DNA of 22,363 nucleotides from Macrostomum lignano (Eukaryota): NCBI GenBank assembly GCA_002269645.1, contig NIVC01001370.1, positions 281,241 to 303,603 of the forward strand, read 5' to 3'. Shown piece by piece: positions 1 to 8,052 of this stretch (position 1 is its first letter; each line of letters starts with the position of its first letter). The notes under the pieces were generated by a model. It saw only the letters and a program-made list of their open reading frames with translations, ran no database searches and was not told where the DNA came from. The position numbers and the translations under genes were made by a program.

Positions 1-135
1 AAAATATAAATAAATAAATCTTAACAAAAAAACTGCAAACTAATATTTATAAAGTGCCTCTTGTCATTAAAATTACTATAGTCATTGAATCTTATTTTTT
101 TACAAAAGGTTAAGTGTGTTTATCATAAAAGAAAC

Positions 136-210
136 TTGTCATTGAAATGACTATTTGTCACTGAAATGTCTATCACTGAAATGACTTGTCACCGAAATGG
201 CTGGCACCCC
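136..210. repeat. Short array of (T)GTCA(C/T)(T/C)GAAATG direct repeats, possibly a subterminal-repeat end of a DNA transposon relic
   Basis: gtcattgaaatg, gtcactgaaatg, atcactgaaatg and gtcaccgaaatg occur in tandem, ending in ggcacccc. No matching other end was found. Confidence 0.45.
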
Positions 211-1168
211 CTAGGCCCTCCCTATTGACACTTATGATGATCATTAGTTTATCTATTATAATCAATTAATTGCTGATCTAACAGATCTGACCTGATCTAA
301 TTTAGTATCTTTACCCTCTACCTGACTACCTTTCATACATAAGATAGGCCTAGGCCTAGGGCCTAGGCTAAATAAAATCAGCAAATAATTAATTGGATTA
401 AATTTAAAAAATTAAACAACTTTAACTCTATTTGGAGTAAAATATACCAAAATTTGCTAAAAAGTGGGTGACTAGGCACCATTGATGGCCCCCCATTCCG
501 ATTCCAACGCCTAGGTGGCCTATGACTTGGCCTAGGCCTAGGCCTATGCCGCCTACCCTAAAAATTACAGTTACAAATTTAATGAATTTTTTGAAAATTA
601 TGGCCTATTATACTTTTTAGAAAAATTTGACAGCAACCAAGGATTTTTATGTTGTTTTTGGATAAGATGCATGCATTTGATGTATCTGTGTGGGTGGGTG
701 GTGGTCAATGGGCATGAGCCGCATGATGTGTTCTCTTTTTATTTTGTAATAGGCCTAGACCCTATCACTAACAGTTTTTAACTAGCCTATATTTTGTTAC
801 TAGATATCTAAGAATATTCATATGACATAAAGTGTTGCAGAAAATACGCTCGTACATCAAAGCAACAGTGCAACACACATATGCTCGGGCCTGCTGTTGC
901 TGATGACGAATAAAATTATACACCGATGAGAAGTTGAAATAAACTGTTCTGCACTATATTCTTAAATAAAACCTCTGCTGTTTTCTCCAAATGTGTTATT
1001 TGAAAAGAAGTTTTATAGTAAAACTGGCAACAAGATGGTTTTATTATTTATATCTTACCAAATTTTGTTTAACCCTAACAAAAAATTACGTTCATTGATT
1101 TACGGAAAAGCCTATGGTAGCTGCTAATATTATTTAACTTCTTCGATTTCTAGTGCATGTGCACCTGT

Positions 1169-1335
1169 AAGCAGGGGCGTAGAGAGGGGGGATAGGGGGA
1201 TGTATCCCCCCGAAGAGCCTAACCAAAACTTTTTTTGTTGCCCTTTGTTGCTATACATGCTACTATTTGACTCTGTCATAGCACTTTACCTTGGTGTATC
1301 CCCCCCGTAGGAAATTCCTGGCTACGCCCCTGCTT
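1169..1335. mobile_element. MITE (about 165 bp) with 14-bp perfect terminal inverted repeats
   Basis: aagcaggggcgtag (1169-1182) is the exact reverse complement of ctacgcccctgctt (1322-1335). Internal ggggggata/tatcccccc segments are also inverted. Confidence 0.8.
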
Positions 1336-1584
1336 GTGGGTGAAATTGTCTGCCTTCAAATTTAATTTTGCATGCTCATATCACAGCTACGGTGCTACCA
1401 TGCAAGCGGCCGCCATGAGCGAACGGGCGGGGGCAGTAAAGTAGTAGGCAGTTAAGTGTAAATTGGCTCAGACAAAACAATACTTTTCAGCCAGTAACAG
1501 TCTAATTATTTCGGTTTTTGAAGTATTATTACCAAAGCGAATGTTTTTAGTAACAGTAGCAGCAAATAATACATTTTAAAATGG

Positions 1585-2390
1585 GTAACCGGTCGTTTCG
1601 CCCACACAAACTGTTTCGGCCATGGACACTTCGCTCCCAGACCATTTCGCCCACGGACCAAGGGGGGGGGGTTCGGGGATATATCCCCCGTGGGCCTGGT
1701 TGGTGGGTGTAAGAAATTGATTTATGGCGCTTAATTTTCCTGTGAACTGCCCATTAGGCCAGCAAGTACAAGTAGCAGCAGCTACTCATCCCTGCATCCC
1801 CCCGTGAGAAATTCCTGGCTATACGCCCGTGCCACAGACCGTTTCGCCCATAGACCATTTCGGCCATGGACCGTTTCGCCTCCAATTGCCCCAGTTTGGC
1901 AAAGGTGGCAACGAATGCCCACAACTTAGAGAAGTAACTTAAAAGTAAAAGAAAAGAGAATAGTAGTGTATTGCATTACTGACTGACTGAGAAATAATTA
2001 TACTTGTTATCGTAACTTCAATTCAATTCAATTCATTCCAGGCCAAACCCTTCCTCACCCTCTGATTGTTCAAATTTGCTTTAATTGTCGCAATTTTGAA
2101 AGGAATGACTAAGAAAAACTCATAATAATTCACAATCGTAATAAACAAAATCGCGATAACGCAATAACACAATCGTTGTAGAAACAATTCAGATCATCTT
2201 TTATTACACAATAAAACTAAAAATTAGCATTAAAAACAAGAAAATAAAGATACATGTATGGCTGAATCTCTAAATTACATAATCACCATTTTGGCCGAAA
2301 CGCCTATAGCCAATTACTGGTTTAAGGGCGAAACGGATTATGGGCGAAATGGTCTGGGGGCGAAATGTCCATGGCCGTAACGGTACTGGA
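1585..2390. mobile_element. Foldback/MITE-like element with inverted arms built from TTTCG(C/G)CC subrepeats
   Basis: 1613-1653 gtttcggccatggacacttcgctcccagaccatttcgccca is a near-perfect reverse complement of 2341-2381 tgggcgaaatggtctgggggcgaaatgtccatggccgtaac. Further tttcgccc units lie at 1840-1880 and reversed ggcgaaa units at 2290-2340. Confidence 0.7.
1661..1832. mobile_element. Degenerate second copy of the 1169-1335 MITE family, nested in the left arm of the foldback element
   Basis: Right end ccccccgtgagaaattcctggctatacgcccgtg matches ccccccgtaggaaattcctggctacgcccctg. The left part ggggatatatcccccg is similar, but the left TIR is eroded. Confidence 0.65.
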
Positions 2391-2838
2391 GAGCGTGATC
2401 TCTCAGAAGTCAATTATGGTGTTGATTCAGTGTGCATGTAATGTGTTAAAAAGCTTTGTAGACAGCGCTAACTGTAGTGAGGTATTTTCTGATTCTGCTG
2501 TTATTTGCTTGCGTATCAAAAGTCTGTAGAAATTATCTTAAAAGCTAAGTTTGTCAGACCCGCAGATTTTTTATGCCTTTTGTAATGAGCACGCGGTTAA
2601 GTAGTGCGAGCTGATTTAGTTTCCGAAATCATTTTTGTACAGAACTGATTTTTTTTTCTATGATTTTTTAGGAATGCATACTCACTTTTAACTCTTAATA
2701 GGATTGTCAGGTGCTTTTTTGAAGATGATTGAGTTTTTGTAATGAATGATTCTGTGATGGTTGTCTTGCTTTCTCACGTCTTCTCGGTCGTGTTATTCGC
2801 GTATTTTTTATTTGAGGCTAGTTTTTTAGTTGTTCTTA

Positions 2839-3470
2839 CATGTACTTGTGTCTGGTGCAGTGATACAATGTACTTGTGTCTGGTGATACCATGTACTTGT
2901 GTCTGGTGATACCATGTACTTGTGTCTGGTGATACCATGTACTTGTGTCTGGTGCAGTGATACCATGTACTTGTGTCTGGTGCAGTGATACCATGTACTT
3001 GTGTCTGGTGCAGTGAGACCATGTACTTGTGTCTGGTGATACCATGTACTTGTGTCTGGTGCAGTGAGACCATGTACTTGTGTCTGGTGATACCATGTAC
3101 TTGTGTCTGGTGCAGTGATACCATGTACTTGTGTCTGGTGATCTCATGTACTTGTGTCTGGTGATACCATGTACTTGTGTCTGGTGCAGTGATACCATGT
3201 ACTTGTGTCTGGTGCAGTGATACCATGTACTTGTGTCTGGTGCAGTGAGACCATGTACTTGTGTCTGGTGATACCATGTACTTGTGTCTGGTGCAGTGAT
3301 ACCATGTACTTGTGTCTGGTGATACTATGTACTTGTGTCTGGTGATACCATGTACTTGTGTCTGGTGATACCATGTACTTGTGTCTGGTGATACCATGTA
3401 CTTGTGTCTGGTGATACCATGTACTTGTGTCTGGTGATACCATGTACTTTTGTCTGGTGTTACCATGTAC
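2839..3470. repeat. Minisatellite with 23-bp and 28-bp unit variants
   Basis: Units ccatgtacttgtgtctggtgata (23 bp) and ccatgtacttgtgtctggtgcagtgata (28 bp) are interspersed. The ORFs called over it are repeat artefacts. Confidence 0.97.
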
Positions 3471-4030
3471 TGTACATGCAATCTAGGTGAAACCCTTTAA
3501 GTTTATTTGCAAAAATTGTTTTGTTCCTATGATTTCTGTTGCAAGCATTGTTTTTAAAGAATTCCAATTCCAATTAGTTATAATACGTGTAAAATTGCTG
3601 AACAGGTGATGTACATGATCTGTGGTTCCACATTCAGTTAGTTCTACATAGGCTGATATAGGGTGATATTGAAAGGAATTCGTTGAATAAAATTTTTGTT
3701 TGTCAGACAATGTCAACAATGAAAAGTTATATGAATGTTCCGGCATAAAATATTTCTCCCTGTAATTGCAGTAGAATATTTTTTTTCAATTTTTCAATTT
3801 TTCACTGACTTCCAAGTTACCGTTAAATAAAGCCTTCGAAAGCCAAAATTTCACAGATTTTGCTCATTTTGTTGTTGTTCCCGAATGTTGGATTAAAAAA
3901 CTTGGTCTATTTCAAAGTTTTAAAGCGGGCAATCGGGCTTGCAGACCTTCTAATCACAACAAAAGTTTTATAATCATTGCTTCGATCGTGAACGCGAACT
4001 ATGGCATTCGCCACATCACTACCCAATTAG

Positions 4031-4388
4031 TTATTTATAGCAGAAGCAGGGACAACGTTCGGCCAAGACCGTGGTGGCATAGTTGCGGACGCAGCGCCGG
4101 GAGTATCGGCCGCCCAGTATCCTGCAGTAAAGGTTGCAGACGAATGTCCAGCTGTCTGAAAGCATAAGCAAGGAGAGAGAGTGTTGAATTCACTTGATTT
4201 TTCTGAACTGAATCTTCGGCTTTAGTACGGCTCGGCTTACAAGTGACTCTGTTGGCCAGTCGCTTGATAGCCAGGTGATCCGCCTTGGCAACCGGCTGCA
4301 CTAGAGGACGGTTCCTGCTAATAGCTGAGGCGCTAGTAGCAGCAAAGACCAACAGACAGATGGTGATAGCAACCAATAGAATCTTCAT
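4031..4388 (-). CDS. Secreted cysteine-rich cationic prepropeptide, defensin/macin-like; complement(join(4031..4155,4241..4388)), 90 aa
   Basis: Hydrophobic signal peptide MKILLVAITICLLVFAATSASA, then a propeptide ending in KR. An 85-nt phase-1 intron (t|gtaagc ... tctctccttgcttatgctttcag|ac) restores the mature peptide LANRVTYSWTFVCNLYCRILGGRYSRRCVRNYATTVLAERCPCFCYK followed by TAA. Confidence 0.85.
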
Positions 4389-4393
4389 GTTAG

Positions 4394-4630
4394 CTGTAGT
4401 TGCGACAGTGAGGCATTAAATTCGCAGTCCCGAGGCCAGTCCACTGCTCCGCTTAAATGCAGTCAGAATTCACGCGCCTGCCGAGTGATTCGTAGGCAGC
4501 GGCCAATCATCGCTGCCCGAGTCGAATTCAATGCGGATTCCGGCATGGAACTGAGACTTGAGACTCACCCTTCTTCTCGGATGATATTCGGCATTATTCT
4601 GCTATCCTGTCAAGGTAAACATTAATTATA
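4394..4630 (-). promoter_or_regulatory. Probable 5'-UTR intron (4568-4394) and upstream TATA-like box (about 4625-4630) of the peptide gene
   Basis: On the minus strand: donor gg|gtgagt at 4568, acceptor gcaactacag|ctaacATG ending 5 nt before the start codon, and TATAAT about 55 nt upstream of the donor. Confidence 0.5.
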
Positions 4631-4886
4631 AGCAATCAAAACCGCCTACCTAAATGCATCCGGCCAGCTGTGCTCGGAGAAGCAGATGTTGCTGCTAAAT
4701 TTGGCTGCAATTTTACTCGTAAACAGCTGAAACTGGAGCGTCGCCAGGGATTTCATGATTGTTTAGGGGGTACGATTCCAGGAATCAAAAACAAAAAGTC
4801 CCTATATTACCGTATTTTGGGTACAGGTGTTTGTCAGTACTGTACTGATTTTTGCTTCATCTAAGACTCATTTTGGCGCCCTAAAT

Positions 4887-4925
4887 CAGGGGGTCGGCAA
4901 ACATTGGTCCACGGGCCACATGTGC
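4887..4925 (+). mobile_element. Truncated end of an hAT-type MITE related to the 8099-8605 element
   Basis: cagggggtcggcaaac...gggccacatg matches the termini caggggtcagcaaact and (reverse-complemented) caggggtcggc...gggccacatg of the intronic element. Confidence 0.6.
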
Positions 4926-4965
4926 TTCTCTATCCTTTCTTTTCTCTCCTGTTCTCTTTTCTCCC

Positions 4966-4996
<31 letters not shown>

Positions 4997-4997
4997 G

Positions 4998-5029
<32 letters not shown>

Positions 5030-5030
5030 G

Positions 5031-5095
<65 letters not shown>

Positions 5096-5128
5096 GTCTC
5101 CCCTCTCTTCTCTCCTCTCTCTTCTCTC

Positions 5129-5162
<34 letters not shown>

Positions 5163-5657
5163 TCTCCCTCTCTTCTCTCCTCTCTCTTCTCTCCCCTCTC
5201 TTCTCTCCTCTCCCCTCTCTTCTCTCCTCTCCTTTCTTCTCTCCTCTCCTCTCTCTCCTCTCCTCTCCCCTCTCTTCTCCTCCTCTCCCTTTTCTTCTCT
5301 CCTCTCCCCTCTCTTCTCTCCTCTCCTTTCTCTCTCTCTCTCTCTCCCCTCTCTCTCCTCCTCTCCCCTCTCTCTCCTCCCCTCTCCCCTCTCTCTTCTC
5401 TCCTCTCCCCTCTCTCTTCTCTCCTCTCCCCTCTCTCTCCTCTCCTCTCCCCCTCTCTCTCCTCTCCTCTCTCTCTCTCCTCTCCTCTCCTCTCTCTTCT
5501 CTCCTCTCCTCTCCCCTCTCTCTTCTCTCCTCTCCCTTGTTTTCTCTCCACTACCCTCTCTTTTTTCCTCTCCCTCTCTTCTCTCCTCTCCCCTCTATTA
5601 TTCTCTTCTCTCTCCTCTCCCCTCTCTCTTCTCCTCTCCTCTCCCTTCTGTCCTCTC
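4925..5657. repeat. About 730-bp polypyrimidine (CT-rich) low-complexity tract, with roughly 33-bp periodicity in its 5' part
   Basis: Almost exclusively C/T, with repeated ctcccctctcttctctcccctctcttctctc(g/c)t. The S/L/P-rich and E/R/G-rich ORFs over it are artefacts. Confidence 0.95.
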
Positions 5658-5708
5658 TAGCAACGTGGAAGTCAATCTACTGGCGAAGGTAGGCATTGGA
5701 GTTTGTGA

Positions 5709-6078
5709 CTATGATATAAGATTGTGGTGCTCTTTGCCTAGTTGAGAACTGCTCATTGCTAGCACACCAAATGCTGGAAGCAAGAACGGCGCTAGTATAT
5801 CAAAGATGAGGTCGTACAAGGATGCACGCAGAAATTCCAGAACTCGAGCTGACTTTCTGTTGCGCACTTTCTCAAAGAAGAACCAAGTCGCCAACCCTCC
5901 CGACCGTTGAGATATTCGACGATTCTGCCAGAAGGTCGGATTTTTTCCATAAGCGCAAGTGTATTCAATGCAACCCCGTGCGCCAATCAGTACTGCAACT
6001 TTGTGCAGCCTTGCCAAGCCTCTCTTCATCAGCACATCGACCACAAGTGTCTGCATCAGCTCTGCCTTCGTTGGTCAC
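5709..6078 (-). pseudogene. Frameshifted fragment resembling the C-terminal part of a GT61-family glycosyltransferase
   Basis: Joining two frames at about 5978-5987 gives LHKVAVLIG-AHGVALNTLALMEKIRPSGRIVEYLNG, similar to the GT61 motif (ADVLVGxHGAGLxNxxFxxPGxxVIE). A candidate acceptor lies at 6079, but there is an in-frame TGA at 6077-6075. Upstream exons were not identified. Confidence 0.4.
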
Positions 6079-7636
6079 CTATGTACTATTTTTTACCTAT
6101 ATTAATTAAATAAAACTAATGAATCAAAGAAATCTAGACTTTCTTCAATACGCTCGTAGTTATGAGAAGAGAGGGGAGAGGAGGACCAAGTCCAAAGATT
6201 CTTGACTCAACTGAGTTCTTAGCTTTACAAACCCAATACGACAATGCGATGCTAGTCTCAGCTGCGGGGTGCAGAAAATTTCAGTGTTGAGTTAAAAAAC
6301 TTGACGAAGGCTTGATAGCTCTCTACCTAGCTGTGTAAAATTCTCAACTACTTGACTTCTTCTCTAATGGCTCAATGAAGTTTAGTGCTTCATCTAAGGA
6401 ATAAAAACACACAATACTGGGTCTAACAGTCAGTGGCATATTGACACAGGAAAAATTTGCGCTAAATATTGACAGCTGTAGAAAATGGTTTTGGGTTGTA
6501 TGGGGTCACGTATACTTAAACAAGCCTCAGTGTGACTCTCCGTTCTCGAACAAGCTCTTTTAGTTCAACACTCCACGGCTGTGTACCGCTCCGATTTCTC
6601 CGATTTCTCTTCGAAGATAATTCCAAAGGATCCAAACTTTGTAAGCCTTTCAATTTTTTTCATTTCCTTCTTAACCTTCTTAACATCGATCTACTTTCTA
6701 CGGGTATTCTGAACTCCAGAGCTTGCCTAGCATAGTGACTGCTGCACTTTTAGAGAGGGCTTAAAATCTGAGATCGCGGTTTACTCAGTGTAATCAACTT
6801 GCAGCACAAATTGATACAAAGATTTAACTTGCCAGGATGGCTGAGACAGCTCTTTCGGTTGCCACGCTCCTTGGGGTTGGTCACCTGCGGTCCAGGCATT
6901 CGTCGTGCTCATTAATATTTTCCGCCTGGCTGCCTTCGCGTGTCAACCGCCTTGCTTTTGTCTTAATCTGGAATGGATAGGGGCTTCTATATTCTTGCTA
7001 TTCGTCGCTGTGACCTACATTGTTGTGCTTGCTTTCTGGCTTCTATTGTCTGACTTGCTTCTCAAGCCTTTTTGATCCTTTTAATTGGATCCGTCTTGCC
7101 TATCTGATCTCTTTGCTTTGCCTCTTTTAGGCTGTCTATTCTGCCGAATTTCCGAGCTCTATAGGCTTTTCTGTATAGGTCCCGTATAGATAAATGTATT
7201 GAGCCAACTGACACGGGCAAGACAGAGTTAGGTAGCTTGCGTTTCAATTGAAGCTTTTATTTAAGTAAATTCGTTAACTAGCCTCATAACCTTCATAATT
7301 CTCGGCTTTCAGTCGGGTTCAGATTTTGTGCTTTAGCTCTGTTCGTTTAGTTTGCATCCGGTATGCATATCAACGCCTTCTGTCAGAAACCGGAAGTAAG
7401 ACCGGATTTTCTTCATCAAGAAAATATAGCTTTACGCATCCAAAGCAAAATGCGATGCTAGTTTTTGTATTTAAAACCGTATTTTGCTAACTTGCAGAAA
7501 AAACATTTGCAAAGCTGAACAGTAGTTATTACTGATAGTAGCAATGAAAAGTTGTCGTAGTTATAACGGGAGAAAAGGGACGCTCTAGACGCTCTCTTAT
7601 TGTGAAGCAACACTCGAAAAATTTATGAGATGGGCC

Positions 7637-7697
7637 CATTGGTCTAGATCAACTGACCAATTGGAGTGCATCAGTACTAACATCAGTCCGATATAAT
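7637..7697 (+). promoter_or_regulatory. Putative core promoter of the FREM1-like gene (two CCAAT boxes and a TATA-like element)
   Basis: ATTGG at 7638-7642, palindromic CCAATTGG at 7657-7664 and TATAAT at 7692-7697, about 90 nt upstream of ATG 7786. Confidence 0.4.
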
Positions 7698-7785
7698 ATT
7701 GAGCGCAAAGCAAACAAATTCAATGCTCAAGAAGGAACATATAACCCCTTAGCCACAGAACTTCCGGCACCCGTTCCTGGTCGCG

Positions 7786-8052
7786 ATGGCCAGCCACCGG
7801 GTACTAGTTGCCATTTCCCTATGCTGCTGGTGGGCGCTGCTCGCTGCCAGCTCCGAGACCGACCGCTACCGGCTGCCTCGCGTGCTGGCCGACGGTCCAA
7901 GGCGGCCAATCGAGGTCGCGCAGGGCAGGCGCACCAATCTGAGTCGCTTCAGCCATCTAATGGTTAATGAGGCTGCCCGTGACGGCGTTTGCAAAGTTGA
8001 GGTCGACGGATCCGACTGTCTCAGTCAGACTGTCGGTCAGGTGAAACCCAAG
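7786..8052 (+). CDS. FREM1: FREM1-like exon 1 (signal peptide, N-terminal domain)
   Basis: MASHRVLVAISLCCWWALLAASS...VGQVKPK; donor aag|gttagt, phase 0. Confidence 0.85.

Noticed and set aside
2839-3470. CRISPR-like appearance of the tandem arrays (also 20664-21776)
   Set aside because: No unique spacers, no cas genes, and a eukaryotic context.
2774-3481. ORFs of 235, 120, 99 and 63 aa with HQTQVHGITRHKYMVS repeats
   Set aside because: Translations of the 23/28-bp minisatellite; the unit lengths are not multiples of 3 and there is no coding context.
4035-4388. Unspliced 117-aa ORF as the gene product
   Set aside because: It reads through a canonical 85-nt intron; the spliced form gives a coherent Cys-rich peptide.
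4827-5692. 277, 262 and 221 aa S/L/P-rich or E/R/G-rich ORFs
   Set aside because: CT/GA low-complexity DNA cannot encode stop codons, so long ORFs are expected.
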